A stretch of DNA of 59,703 nucleotides from Thermoproteota archaeon (GCA_049700215.1 JBNAVT010000009.1:1-59703), one strand, 5' to 3'; positions 49,238-59,384 are shown, counted from the first letter of the stretch. Numbers and translations: made by a program. Notes: generated from the letters alone by a model not told the origin.

Positions 49238-49327
49238 CGAATTAAGTATTTAATACTTTCTATTAACGTGTTGCGTGGAAAGGGTGATCAACTAGACTAA
49301 CTCCAGCGGGGAAGCCTGGCGACGTGC

Positions 49328-50074
49328 TTAAACCTCCATTTCCCCGATCTTCCCGAGAAAGACCAGGTCCAGGCTGTATGCCTCCGCCTCCTGCAGGTTT
49401 ATCGAGCCTGTTTTCAGGAAACCCCTAAGCTCCTCCGATATTCTCTCAGGATTGTTAACTATGAGCTTGCCAACGTTCTCGTTGAAAGCTGGCATTAAAA
49501 GTATCTCAACCCTGCTGCTTAGCATGCCCCTTACCCAGACCGGTATCACATACCTGTAGCCAAGGTCGTCAAGAAGTTCTACAGCCGGGTGGAAATGCCC
49601 CACCACGACTGTTCTGACACTGCCCCCGCCTTTCTTACCGAGAATAGTGTCAACCCTCTTATGACCATGGGTGAAGAGAATCCCGTTCAACAAGACTCCG
49701 CCAGGATCCATCAGCTCAACCCCCTCCGGCAGAACAGCGTAAAGATCTCCGTCATGATTACCCGGGACAACCCCGACCCATTCGAACCTGCTAACTATCT
49801 TGCGCATGAAATCCGGGATCTCCATCCACTCCAGCCCCCTTGGGCCGTAGACAGTGTGCTTCAAGTCCCCAAGAATCAGTAGCCTCTTGGCCGATGTTTT
49901 CTCAGCTAGGCTTAGCACGCGTGTAAGAATCCTCTTCGTTAGGCTTGGAAGCTTGATCCCCTTAAGCCTTATCTCACCCTCGTAGCCTATATGCGTGTCC
50001 GCGATAACGAGGGTTTCCCCGACCAGTAGAGCCGGCTCCCCTTTAATAAGCTTAAATCCTGTTCTCGCGTTCAA
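49328..50074 (-). CDS. Metallophosphoesterase (ICC-like)
   Basis: ADTHIG, LGDLKH, GNHD, HGH, GHFHP, MPAFN. Confidence 0.9.
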   Translation of the reverse strand: MNARTGFKLIKGEPALLVGETLVIADTHIGYEGEIRLKGIKLPSLTKRILTRVLSLAEKTSAKRLLILGDLKHTVYGPRGLEWMEIPDFMRKIVSRFEWVGVVPGNHDGDLYAVLPEGVELMDPGGVLLNGILFTHGHKRVDTILGKKGGGSVRTVVVGHFHPAVELLDDLGYRYVIPVWVRGMLSSRVEILLMPAFNENVGKLIVNNPERISEELRGFLKTGSINLQEAEAYSLDLVFLGKIGEMEV

Positions 50075-50088
50075 GCCTCAAGGGGACA

Positions 50089-50505
50089 ATGGGCATGATT
50101 GAAGATAAGGATAGCGCTGACAGGATACCTGAGGAGATTGCTGGGCTTCTTAAGGCTCAGGGTGTTACACGCGAGTGCGAGGAGAAGATTATCAGTGCCT
50201 TCGGTGAAAGAGGCAGGAGGGCTTTGAAGACAGTCGCGTCCAGAAGGGTGAAGAAGTATGTTCTACAGCCTTCGAACAGGGTTAGGTGGATTATCGTTGG
50301 CAGGGATGAAGAGTACCTTGTGATCCCGCTGGTGAAGTATTGCAGTTGCAAGGATTTCTTCTACTACGTGATGACTGGAGAAGCGTATGCTTGCTACCAT
50401 CTTCTGGCGCAGAGGATTGCTGAGCTTTCAGGATTGTTCTCAGAGGTAAGGGAGTTGGACGAGGTTTACGACAAGGTTATTGCTTCAAGGATCTTCATAT
50501 ACTAG
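50089..50505 (+). CDS. SWIM zinc-finger protein
   Basis: YCSCKDF...CYHLLA. Confidence 0.85.
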   Translation: MGMIEDKDSADRIPEEIAGLLKAQGVTRECEEKIISAFGERGRRALKTVASRRVKKYVLQPSNRVRWIIVGRDEEYLVIPLVKYCSCKDFFYYVMTGEAYACYHLLAQRIAELSGLFSEVRELDEVYDKVIASRIFIY

Positions 50506-51182
50506 TATGGTTGCAACCTGAATATCTCGTAGGTCAGCCAGGCTGTCACCGTCCAGGCTGCTAAAACCCCGTCGTAAACCGAAACCTTCTCTCCAGTCAT
50601 GCTCCATATTTCCCCAGAGGGCCTTCCCCTCGGATATGCTCCTACGAGGAAGCACGCGGGCAAACCGTCTTCAAAAATGCTCTTAACGTAGTCCCGGATT
50701 TCAACCCTCCTGCCGACATGGGTGAAGAGTATTCTACGAGGGTATTCGTCTAAAACCCTTAAAACATCCTTTTTCACCACTGTTTCCATAAGGATTCTTC
50801 CACCAGGATCCAGGATTCTCCCCGTCGAGAGAAGCTTCTCCATCAGCCCTATGAAGTTCCCATAGGCCACTGGAAACCTTACTTTATCCCTTGGAACAAT
50901 CCATTTTCCGCCTAGAGTGTGCACCAAAACCCCTAGTTTCCCAGCCCTGTAAACCGGGGAGTCTGAGACTATTTTCAGGCACGTGTACAGAATATCCGGC
51001 CTGCCTCTCTTCTCGCTGTTTTCAAGCGTCAGAATAGCCTTATGATGGATGCTTCTCTCAAGCATTGTTTGCATGGGGTTTTTACCCTTTTTAGCCGCGT
51101 TTTTAACAACCTGCGGGTGGTTGGCGAGCTCCTTCGGCACGAGCTCAAGGCTTGAGTCGAAAAAGCATATGAGGCTCTTCAT
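50502..51182 (-). CDS. nep1: 16S rRNA pseudouridine methyltransferase Nep1
   Basis: SSLELVP, RGRPDI, F.GLMEKL, VGAYPRG. Confidence 0.92.
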   Translation of the reverse strand: MKSLICFFDSSLELVPKELANHPQVVKNAAKKGKNPMQTMLERSIHHKAILTLENSEKRGRPDILYTCLKIVSDSPVYRAGKLGVLVHTLGGKWIVPRDKVRFPVAYGNFIGLMEKLLSTGRILDPGGRILMETVVKKDVLRVLDEYPRRILFTHVGRRVEIRDYVKSIFEDGLPACFLVGAYPRGRPSGEIWSMTGEKVSVYDGVLAAWTVTAWLTYEIFRLQPY

Positions 51183-51244
51183 GCCGAGACCCGCCCCCGC
51201 TAAACCTTATAAAACCTTTGCCTCTAGACGGAGACTGAAGACTG

Positions 51245-51673
51245 TTGGAGGCTGTGCACGTTAAAGCGGTTGCGGCGGAAACACTGATAGAAAAGCTGGC
51301 AGAATACCTTAGGGAGAACGTTAAGGAAGTAAGCCCCCCGAAGTGGGCGCTTTTCGTTAAAACAGGCAGCCACAGGGAGAGGCCCCCGGATCGTTCAGAC
51401 TGGTGGTATGTCAGGGCTGCTTCAATACTTAGGAGACTGTACGTGAAGGGCCCGACGGGTGTTTCAAGGCTTAGGAAAGCATATGGGGGTAGGAAGAAAT
51501 ACCCGATGAGGAGGGCACACAAGGCTAGGGCTGGCGGAGCAATAATCAGGAGGATTCTTCAGCAGCTTGAGGCAGCAGGCCTCGTCGGGAAGTCGAACAA
51601 GGGTAGGTGGCTCACGCCTAAGGGTGTCTCTCTCCTAGACAAGCTGTCCAGGGAGGCCGCTGGAAAAGGGTAG
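51245..51673 (+). CDS. rps19e: Ribosomal protein S19e
   Basis: PKWALFVKTG, DWWYVRAASILR, YGGRK. Confidence 0.97.
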   Translation: MEAVHVKAVAAETLIEKLAEYLRENVKEVSPPKWALFVKTGSHRERPPDRSDWWYVRAASILRRLYVKGPTGVSRLRKAYGGRKKYPMRRAHKARAGGAIIRRILQQLEAAGLVGKSNKGRWLTPKGVSLLDKLSREAAGKG

Positions 51674-51994
51674 TTGGGAGAAATGAGTGAAGACGAGGAG
51701 ATTGCAAGAATACTTGAGCAGCGTCGCAGACAGATGGAGAAGGAGCTTGAGGAGAGCAAGCGCAAGCAGGAGGAGCAGACGGTCATAAAGACTTTAAGCC
51801 GGATTGTTTTCACGCCGGAGGCAAGGAGCCGTTTGAACAATCTTAGGCTGGTTAAGCCCCAGCTTGCAGAGCAGGTTGAGAAATACCTTATAGCTCTAGC
51901 ACAGCAGGGCAAGCTTAAAATACCGGTTGAAGACAAGTATCTGAAGGAGATCCTAGAGAGGATATACCTGTCTTCAAGGAGAGGAATGGGGTGA
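51674..51994 (+). CDS. PDCD5-like DNA-binding protein
   Basis: TPEARSRLNNLRLVKPQLAEQVE. Confidence 0.9.
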   Translation: MGEMSEDEEIARILEQRRRQMEKELEESKRKQEEQTVIKTLSRIVFTPEARSRLNNLRLVKPQLAEQVEKYLIALAQQGKLKIPVEDKYLKEILERIYLSSRRGMG

Positions 51995-52000
51995 GGAGAA

Positions 52001-52156
52001 CTGGCTAGGAGCAAGACGGTGGGAAAGAAGCTTCGCCTGCAGGCTGAGTTGAAAAGGTCGTATGCTGTTCCAACCTGGGTCATAGCTAAGACACGGGGGA
52101 AAGTAAGGTTTACGCACCGCTGGAGAAACTGGAGAAGAAGCAGGATCAAGCTTTAA
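52001..52156 (+). CDS. rpl39e: Ribosomal protein L39e (apparent CTG start), not in ORF track
   Basis: (M)ARSKTVGKKLRL...VPTWVIAKT...RNWRRSRIKL. Confidence 0.9.
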   Translation: MARSKTVGKKLRLQAELKRSYAVPTWVIAKTRGKVRFTHRWRNWRRSRIKL

Positions 52157-52161
52157 GGTGG

Positions 52162-52437
52162 TTGCTTATGAGCGGGAAGAGTGAGGAGGCTGTGTTCTCG
52201 ATAAATCTTTCAAGAGTCAAGAACGCACCCTTCCCGGATAGGCGTGAGGTCGCCATCAGGAAGATCCGGGAGAAGGCTTCCAAGGCTTTCAAGGGTAAGA
52301 GAATAGTGATAGGGAGTGATTTAAACGAGTATGTTCACTCCAACCTTGGGAGGGTTTTGAAGGGTCGCCTAAGGGTTCTCGCCGTCGTCGAAGAGGACGA
52401 GGTTCTCCTGAGGCTCCCGGGTTCAGAACAGCGATAA
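52162..52437 (+). CDS. rpl31e: Ribosomal protein L31e
   Basis: SINL.RV, AIRKIR, DLNEYV; operon position. Confidence 0.8.
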   Translation: MLMSGKSEEAVFSINLSRVKNAPFPDRREVAIRKIREKASKAFKGKRIVIGSDLNEYVHSNLGRVLKGRLRVLAVVEEDEVLLRLPGSEQR

Positions 52438-52440
52438 GTC

Positions 52441-53109
52441 ATGGAAGTAGCCAGGGCCTCAATCTGGAAGACTCCTTTCATAGGAGCATACTCAAAGGTC
52501 TTCGGGGTTAATGCTGTGGTTAACAAGAATACTCCTCAGGGTTTCCTGAGGAGGCTTAGGGATTTTCTCAGGGTTGACTCAATAGCCGTGACTAACATAG
52601 GTGGTGTCCATGCGGTTTCATCAATGATAGCGGTGAATTCGAACTTCATAATCGCCCCTGACACTATTGAGGAGGAAGAGCTCAGCGAGCTGCGGTCGCT
52701 CGGGAAGGAGATAATGAGAGTTGAAAGCAGGCTTAAAGCATGGGGTAACATGATGCTTCTCTCAGATAAGGGAGTGCTTTTTTCAACAAGGGTTTCTAAG
52801 AATGAGGCTAGGATGATAGCCGACTTCCTCGGGGTTGACTATGGCTTCGCAAGCCTTGCTAACTACGTAGCCATAGGTGCTCTTGCAGTACCCGGTGACG
52901 AGCTTTGCTTCGCCTCCAAGCTTCTGACAGAGCAGGAGAAGAGACTTCTGGAAGACCTGTTGAAGCTCAGGGTTTATACCGTGTCTGTGAACGACGGGTT
53001 GGCTTTCATAAGGCTCGGCATGCTCGTAAGCCCCTACGGGGTGCTCGTCGGCGAGTCTACAACCGGGGCTGAGCTTATGAACATTTCCCTAGCCCTGAAA
53101 AATTTTTAA
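52441..53109 (+). CDS. eif6: Translation initiation factor 6
   Basis: PFIGAY, AWGNM, GVLVGESTTGAEL. Confidence 0.88.
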   Translation: MEVARASIWKTPFIGAYSKVFGVNAVVNKNTPQGFLRRLRDFLRVDSIAVTNIGGVHAVSSMIAVNSNFIIAPDTIEEEELSELRSLGKEIMRVESRLKAWGNMMLLSDKGVLFSTRVSKNEARMIADFLGVDYGFASLANYVAIGALAVPGDELCFASKLLTEQEKRLLEDLLKLRVYTVSVNDGLAFIRLGMLVSPYGVLVGESTTGAELMNISLALKNF

Positions 53110-53133
53110 TAACCCCCGTCTACAGGCTCAGGC

Positions 53134-53328
53134 ATGCCCCTGTTCAAAGCGAAAGGCGTGTTCAGAAAACCATTGAGGGAAATCCCGTTCTCCATAAGCG
53201 TGGAGGCTTCTTCAGAGAAGATTGCCCTAGAGAAGGCCTACTCCCTGATAGGGAGCAGACACCGTGTTAAAAGGGAGAATGTTAAAATACTCGGTCTAGA
53301 GGAGGTTAAGCCTGAAACCAATGAGTGA
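53134..53328 (+). CDS. rplX: Ribosomal protein LX (eL20)
   Basis: EKAYSLIGSRHRVKR. Confidence 0.92.
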   Translation: MPLFKAKGVFRKPLREIPFSISVEASSEKIALEKAYSLIGSRHRVKRENVKILGLEEVKPETNE

Positions 53329-53737
53329 AGAGGAGCTTAGAAAAGCCGTAACGGAGCTCCGGTCGTTCGAAACAATTATGGAGGAGCTTAGATCAAGATA
53401 CCAGCTTGTAGTAGCCTCTATAAACGATCTTCAGGTTTCCAAGTCTGCCCTCGAAGAGATTTCTAAGGCCGGCGAGGGTGTTGAGCTTTTCTTAGACATA
53501 GGTGGAGGGGTCTACGGAAAGGCGGTTTTGAAAGACACTAACAGGTTCCTCGTCAACACGGGTTCAGGAATCCTTATTGAGAGAAGCCTGGAGGAGACGC
53601 TTAAAATGGTTGAGAAGAGGCTGAGCGAGCTGAACGACGCGCGCGGGTCGATAGAGACGCAGATGAGCAGCCTGCAGGCTAGGATTGATGAGAGCAGAAG
53701 TAGGGTTCAACTGCTCTACGAGAAGCTTAAGAAATAG
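53321..53737 (+). CDS. pfdA: Prefoldin alpha subunit
   Basis: IGGGVY, LVNTGSG hairpins within a coiled coil. Confidence 0.9.
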   Translation: MSEEELRKAVTELRSFETIMEELRSRYQLVVASINDLQVSKSALEEISKAGEGVELFLDIGGGVYGKAVLKDTNRFLVNTGSGILIERSLEETLKMVEKRLSELNDARGSIETQMSSLQARIDESRSRVQLLYEKLKK

Positions 53738-54645
53738 TGCTCCTAATGAAAGTAGGCGAGCTTTTCAAATCCCTCGTGGAGGCTGTTTCAACAAGGCCGC
53801 TCAGCCGGGAGAAGATTGAGGAGGTTCTTGAGGACTACGGGCTTAAGCTCGTTCTCTGCGACGTGGCTCTTCCGCTTGTCGACGAGTTGAAGAAGACTCT
53901 TGCCGAAACCCTTGAGGGCCGGAGGACCCCTATTTTCGACAGGGATGCTGTAAAGAAGCTTGTCGAACAGGAGCTAACGCTCTTCCTCCTGAAGATACTG
54001 GGTGATGCTGAGATGGACCTCGTCGAGGAGGCGCGTAGATCACCGAAGCCCTTCAAACTTCTTTTCATAGGTGTCAACGGCGTTGGGAAAACCACTACGA
54101 TAGCCAAGGTCGCCCACATGCTGAAGGAGAATGGTTTAAGCGTGCTCCTGGCTTGCAGCGACACTTTCAGAGCCGGGGCTATTGAGCAGCTCAGCCAGCA
54201 CGCTAAGGCGCTCGGGCTTCCTATGGTTTTCAAAGAGTATGGCTCAGACCCTGCGAGCGTAGGCTTCGAAGCGGTCCAACAGGCGTCTAAAAGAGGAGTG
54301 GACGTTGTTCTCATAGACACTGCTGGGAGAATGCATACTGACGTAAACCTCATGGATGAGCTTAAGAAGATTAAAAGGGTTGTTGAACCCTCGTATACTA
54401 TACTCGTCGTAGATGCTTTAACGGGGAACGATGCTTGGAACCAGGCGGCTGACTTCGGCGTCCACGTTGGCTTCGACGCGGTGATACTGGCAAAGCTCGA
54501 TGCTGACGTTAAGGGAGGGGCTGCACTCTCAGTATCTTTCATATCTAAGAAGCCCGTCATATACGTGGGAACCGGGCAGAAATACTCCGACCTTAAGAGG
54601 TTTAACCCTAAAGAGTATGTCAACAGCCTCATGACGCTTGTTTAA
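53737..54645 (+). CDS. ftsY: SRP receptor FtsY
   Basis: GVNGVGKTTTIAK, DTFRAGA, DTAGR, KLDADVKGG. Confidence 0.96.
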   Translation: MLLMKVGELFKSLVEAVSTRPLSREKIEEVLEDYGLKLVLCDVALPLVDELKKTLAETLEGRRTPIFDRDAVKKLVEQELTLFLLKILGDAEMDLVEEARRSPKPFKLLFIGVNGVGKTTTIAKVAHMLKENGLSVLLACSDTFRAGAIEQLSQHAKALGLPMVFKEYGSDPASVGFEAVQQASKRGVDVVLIDTAGRMHTDVNLMDELKKIKRVVEPSYTILVVDALTGNDAWNQAADFGVHVGFDAVILAKLDADVKGGAALSVSFISKKPVIYVGTGQKYSDLKRFNPKEYVNSLMTLV

Positions 54646-54691
54646 AAACCGGGGAAAAGGATATATTCCCGCCTCCTTCTAGAAACTCGGC

Positions 54692-54877
54692 ATGGGGCTT
54701 ACGGACAGGGTTAGGACTATAGTCAGGGTGCTGAAGCTTAGTGAGAAGCCGGATGGTTCAGAGCTGAAGCTGTCGCTGAAAATCTTTCTCATCGGCATCC
54801 TGATAGTGGGGGGGATGGCGTTCGTAGTGCACATTGTCGCCTCGCTCCTCCAGCTGACGGGTGTGAAGCTCCGCTAA
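54692..54877 (+). CDS. secE: Preprotein translocase SecE (Sec61-gamma)
   Basis: RVLKLSEKP plus TM helix; position between ftsY and spt5. Confidence 0.9.
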   Translation: MGLTDRVRTIVRVLKLSEKPDGSELKLSLKIFLIGILIVGGMAFVVHIVASLLQLTGVKLR

Positions 54878-54882
54878 AGGAG

Positions 54883-55368
54883 TTGTTAGGGATGAGCAGG
54901 GGTAAGGCTGTTGAACCGAAGTTTTTCCTGGTGAGAACCTCCATAGGCCAAGAGATGTCTTCAGCCCTAATGATAAAGAACAGATGTGAAGTGGAGAATC
55001 TCCCAATCCACTCCGTAATAGTCCTGCCCGGTTTAAAGGGCTACATCTACATTGAGGCTGACTCACCATTCCCGGTTGAGGAGGCGATAAGGGATATTAA
55101 GCATATTAAGAGAAGGGTTCAAGGCAGCCTCAGCCTCAACGACCTGAGAAGGTATTTCGAGGAGAAACCGGCTACTACAGAGATTAAAGTAGGAGATGTT
55201 GTTGAAATAGTCGGGGGACTGCTTAAGAAGAATCGTGCGAGAGTCTTGGAGGTAAACCCTGATAGGAACGAGGTTACGGTGGAGCTTGACGGCGCCGTGG
55301 CGCCATTCCCAATAACGCTTAAAATGGACAGCGTAAGGGTTGTTGAGGAGGGTCAAGGCAAGCTTTAA
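54883..55368 (+). CDS. spt5: Transcription elongation factor Spt5
   Basis: VRTSIGQE, KGYIYIEA, KOW motif GDVVEIVGG. Confidence 0.93.
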   Translation: MLGMSRGKAVEPKFFLVRTSIGQEMSSALMIKNRCEVENLPIHSVIVLPGLKGYIYIEADSPFPVEEAIRDIKHIKRRVQGSLSLNDLRRYFEEKPATTEIKVGDVVEIVGGLLKKNRARVLEVNPDRNEVTVELDGAVAPFPITLKMDSVRVVEEGQGKL

Positions 55369-55445
55369 ACCGGTTTCCCCGGGGCTGGCTCTCAGGAAAT
55401 ATTTTTAAGGCTTGCAGAAGGCCTCACGTTGAAAGGTGTGTAAAG

Positions 55446-55937
55446 CTGGCTAAGAAAAACCTCAGCCTGATAGTGGAGGGCGGTAATGCTTCACCCGGGC
55501 CACCCCTAGGCCCAGCTATAGGCCCCTTAGGGATTAACGTCGGGGCAGTGGTGGCTAAGATAAACGAGGTTACGAAGGAGTTTAAGGGGATGAAGGTCCC
55601 GGTTGAGCTTGAAGTGGATACTGATACGAAGCAGTTCACAGTCACGCTTAAAACCCCCACGACCTCGGCTCTGATAGCCAAGGAGGCTGGGATAGACAAG
55701 GGTTCTGGAACACCCGGCAAGGAGGCCAAGGGAAACCTGAGCTTCCAAGCGGTTGTGAAAATAGCGAGGATGAAGATGAACGATACCTACTCTAAGACGC
55801 TAAAGGGAGTGATTAAAGAGGTCCTAGGGACTTGTCAAAGCATGGGTGTGACTGTTGACTCCAAGCCCCCTAAGGAAGTTATCAGGATGCTTGAGAAGGG
55901 GGAGTATGACGGGGCTTTAAGCAGGGAGGGTGCTTAG
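55446..55937 (+). CDS. rpl11: Ribosomal protein L11 (apparent CTG start)
   Basis: (M)AKKNLSLIVEGGNASPGPPLGPA, GTCQSMG; SD-like AGGTG before the CTG. Confidence 0.95.
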   Translation: MAKKNLSLIVEGGNASPGPPLGPAIGPLGINVGAVVAKINEVTKEFKGMKVPVELEVDTDTKQFTVTLKTPTTSALIAKEAGIDKGSGTPGKEAKGNLSFQAVVKIARMKMNDTYSKTLKGVIKEVLGTCQSMGVTVDSKPPKEVIRMLEKGEYDGALSREGA

Positions 55938-56616
55938 AATGTCGGTGCCACTCTCAGTAAGCAAGAGCTCGCTGGAGGATGCTTTGAAGAAAGCCCTCTC
56001 CCCGGAGTACAGCAGGCATAGGAGGTTCAAGCAGAGTGTTGAAATGATCCTGTGCCTGGCGGGAGTTGACCTGTCTAAGCCGGATCAAAGGTTCACGGAG
56101 CTCGTGGAGCTTCCACACAGCCCGTATAAGTCGGAGCCTAAGATATGTGTTTTCACAGACGGCTCCTTAACTACTGAAGCGAAGAGTCTTGGACTGGATG
56201 TTCTTTCAAGAGACGCTTTAAGCAGTATGGCCGGTAAGAAGAAAAACTGCAGGAAAGTCGCGCAGTCCTATGATTTCTTCATAGCCGAGGCGCCGCTCAT
56301 GCCGCTGGTCGGCAGGGTGCTAGGCCAGTTCCTCGGGCCTAAGAACAAGATGCCCACTCCAGTTCCACCGGCTTCGTCAATAACGCCGATTGTTGAAAGG
56401 CTTAGGAGGAGCGTGAGGCTCGTGCTTAAATCCAGCCTCGCCGTCTCATGCAAAATAGGACATGAGGAAACGCCTGTTCAACAGCTTCTCGAGAACGCTG
56501 GCGCAGTCCTGTCGGCGGTTGAGAGAAGACTCCCCAGATCGGCGTCGGTGAGATACGTGGGGTTTAAGACGACCATGGGCAGGATTGTTAAAGTGTCGAG
56601 GGAGGCTAAGGCTTGA
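55930..56616 (+). CDS. rpl1: Ribosomal protein L1
   Basis: RRFKQSVE, LGPKNKMP, KTTMG. Confidence 0.95.
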   Translation: MLRMSVPLSVSKSSLEDALKKALSPEYSRHRRFKQSVEMILCLAGVDLSKPDQRFTELVELPHSPYKSEPKICVFTDGSLTTEAKSLGLDVLSRDALSSMAGKKKNCRKVAQSYDFFIAEAPLMPLVGRVLGQFLGPKNKMPTPVPPASSITPIVERLRRSVRLVLKSSLAVSCKIGHEETPVQQLLENAGAVLSAVERRLPRSASVRYVGFKTTMGRIVKVSREAKA

Positions 56617-57476
56617 GCCAGCAGGTTCTTAAAACGAGAATCGTAGACGAGATTCTCCGCCTGATAGAGTCGAGCAGGACGATTATGCTCGTAAACACCT
56701 TCAGGGTTAAGTCTGTAACGATAAACGAGGCTAGGAGGAGGCTTAGGGGGAGAGCTATTCTGAGACACGTTAAGACAACGCTTCTACAGAAGGCTGCGGA
56801 GAAAACAGGCTCGCAAGCATTGAGAGAATTCTTAAAGAAGCATGCTTCCAAGGGGTCTCTGATGCTGATCGTTTCAAACGAGGACCCGTACGAGCTGCAA
56901 CAGGAGCTAAGGAAATATTCAATAAGGCTGCCGCTTAACGCTGGTGATGTTGTCGACAGGGAGATAGTTGTCCAAGCTGGAAACACTGGTCTTCCAGCCG
57001 GCCCAGTGATCTCTTCTCTGAACGAGGTTGGCTTGCCAACCAGGATTGAAACCGGAAGCATATGGATAACCAGGGACACCGTGGTAGCTAAACCCGGGGA
57101 CGTGGTTACGCCGCAACTGGCCTCTGTTCTTTCAAAGCTTAACATCAGGCCGGTTGAAGCATTCATAAAACCCTACGCGGCGATTCACAGCGGCATAGTT
57201 TATAGTGAGGAGGTTCTCTCAATAACGCTTGAAGACGTTGCGAGAGAAGCCTCTAGGAGCGTTGAAAACGCTTTGAAAATATCTGTTGCAACATTCTTCC
57301 CGACGCCCGAGAGCATCGGCATAATGCTTAGGGAAGCCTCATCCAAGGCTATTGCGCTGAGCCTTAAAGCAGAGTATTACGATGAAAACACGGTTAAAAT
57401 ACTGTTGCAGACAGCGAGAGCCGCGGCAAGCCAGCTTGAGGCAATGCTTGAAAAAAGCCCAGCATTAGGGATCTAG
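56613..57476 (+). CDS. rpl10: Ribosomal protein L10 (P0)
   Basis: KTTLL, AGNTGLPAGP, LSKLNIRP. Confidence 0.92.
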   Translation: MSQQVLKTRIVDEILRLIESSRTIMLVNTFRVKSVTINEARRRLRGRAILRHVKTTLLQKAAEKTGSQALREFLKKHASKGSLMLIVSNEDPYELQQELRKYSIRLPLNAGDVVDREIVVQAGNTGLPAGPVISSLNEVGLPTRIETGSIWITRDTVVAKPGDVVTPQLASVLSKLNIRPVEAFIKPYAAIHSGIVYSEEVLSITLEDVAREASRSVENALKISVATFFPTPESIGIMLREASSKAIALSLKAEYYDENTVKILLQTARAAASQLEAMLEKSPALGI

Positions 57477-57608
57477 TGGCGCTTAGGAAAACGTGCCGAG
57501 CAGCCTTAATGCTTAAAGAAGGTTTAGCGGGCTTAAAAGACGCTTTGTAAGAGTGAATAAAAGCTTAAAAACACCCCGTGTAAGAATGCTCAGAAAATTC
57601 TGAGGTGG

Positions 57609-57914
57609 ATGCTGATGTCTGAATACATCCATGCGGCACTGCTCCTGCACTCCGCGAAGCAGGAGATTACAGAGGACAGGATAAAAGCCATAATGAGGGC
57701 TGCAGGCATAGAGCCTGATGAAGCCAGGATAAAAGTACTGGTCTCCTCTCTTTCAAAAGTCAACATTGACGAAGTATTGTCGGCACCGCTGGCAGTAGGT
57801 CCAGTGGCCCAGGCTGCGCCAGCAGCCCAGCAGGCGCCGGCTGAGAAAAAGGAGGAGAAGAAGGAGGAGAAGCCAGCCGAGGAAATGGCTGGGCTGGGCG
57901 CGCTTTTCGAGTGA
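57609..57914 (+). CDS. rpl12: Ribosomal protein L12 (P1)
   Basis: [10 protein letters not shown]...AGLGALF. Confidence 0.97.
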   Translation: MLMSEYIHAALLLHSAKQEITEDRIKAIMRAAGIEPDEARIKVLVSSLSKVNIDEVLSAPLAVGPVAQAAPAAQQAPAEKKEEKKEEKPAEEMAGLGALFE

Positions 57915-57976
57915 CAGCTCTCTAACAGTACAGGATACTGTCCAAATCCAAACTTCTGGAGTTATGTTAGAAGAAA

Positions 57977-59004
57977 TTAGTCTGGAAGCATGACTTTTAT
58001 CTTTTCGTTTGCAGACCTGTAGGCAGCATCTATTATTTCCTGAGCCTTATAACCATCGTAACCAGAAACTGGTGGCTGGGTTTTGCCAGCAATAGAATTG
58101 ACAAACATTCTGATCAAGTATTCATGCGGCTCACCTATCTCAGGCAGCGAAGGATTGATGATCTTGATTTTGCCGTCGCTCGAATATCTTCTGTTTCTAG
58201 TGTACAGCACTATCTTCTTTTCCGCGAGATTGCATAATATGGTTCCCTGATCACCATATAGCTCAACCGGCCATTGTTCGTTTTGCTGTGTCCAGCTAAC
58301 ATCCACAAGCGCATGAACAGAATTCCTGAACTGGATTAAAACCATCGCATTATCTTCAACCTCTATGTTTTCAATGTTTTTACTGGTTTCAGCCGAAACG
58401 GCTCTGGCTTCCGTGCCAACAAACATTCTTGAAAGATCTATCCAGTGAGAGCCTATATCCATTAGCACCCCGCCTCCGGACTTCTCCTTATCAAACAGCC
58501 ACTCTCTCATAGGGGCTGAAGGAGGAACGGCTTCTAGAACGTCGTAACCCACTCTAAACCTTGCCTGAATTAGTTTACCTATCGCGCCTTCGCTTAACAG
58601 TTCTTTCGCCTTAACGTGTTGAGGCAGAAACCTATTTTGAAAGTCAACTCCAAAGTATAGACCTCTTTTTCGAGCCTCCTCCACCATTTCTTTCGCTTCC
58701 TTAGAGTTTAACGCCAGAGGCTTTTCGCAAACAACATTTATTTTCGGCTTAATCGCATCCAAGGTTAAGTCTTTATGAGTGGAAGGAGGAGTGCAAACGC
58801 TTACCAAATCTAGGTTGTTCTCCTTCATCATATCTTCATGGCTCCTGTAGGCCTTCGCATTGAATTCTTTAGCTAATGATTCAGCCCGCTCCTTTATAAT
58901 GTCAGAAACCGCTACAATCTTGACGAAACCGGTCTTTATGCTGTTGCATGCACCCTAGCTATTCCCCCGCTTCCTATTATTCCAACTCTTATTTCTCTGC
59001 TCAT
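57977..59004 (-). pseudogene. Gfo/Idh/MocA oxidoreductase with a 1-nt frameshift near 58945
   Basis: MSREIRVGIIGSGGIARVHA is out of frame with ...IVAVSDII...CEKPLA...GGGVLMDIGSHWID. Confidence 0.8.
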
Positions 59005-59384
59005 CATTAGGGCGATGCTACTGGATCAGTTAATAAACGTAATCGCCCATGTTTCTTGGAATGATGTTTGTGGATATGGCAGGATCTACTTCCCTTTAAA
59101 CACGTAGAAACAAAGGATTGCTATATAGTATGACCTTTTCCCTACATACTGTGCCACCATGTTGCGTTTCAACTTTCTGGTATTGCTAAAGTTAACATGA
59201 TGCCTAAATGAGGAAAACAAGAGGTTTAAGGCGAGTCTTCAGCTAGAAAAGGCTTGGAAGCGGACAAGACTATAAACGCGGGATCCGAGCTTTTAATAGA
59301 GAAAAATAAACGGACTTAAAGATAGTCGGGCAGGAATGAAAACTTTTTAAACCATCCGCATCATTTTTAACCTGAAAAGACAAG

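Noticed and set aside
53638-53645. CGCGCGCG inside the prefoldin alpha gene
   Set aside because: In-frame coding sequence (D-A-R-G) of an intact core gene, without the TA flank; treated as chance.
53835-54632. 265-aa antisense ORF, and many other reverse-strand ORFs over core genes
   Set aside because: They overlap well-conserved genes on the opposite strand and have Ser/Leu-rich shadow composition.
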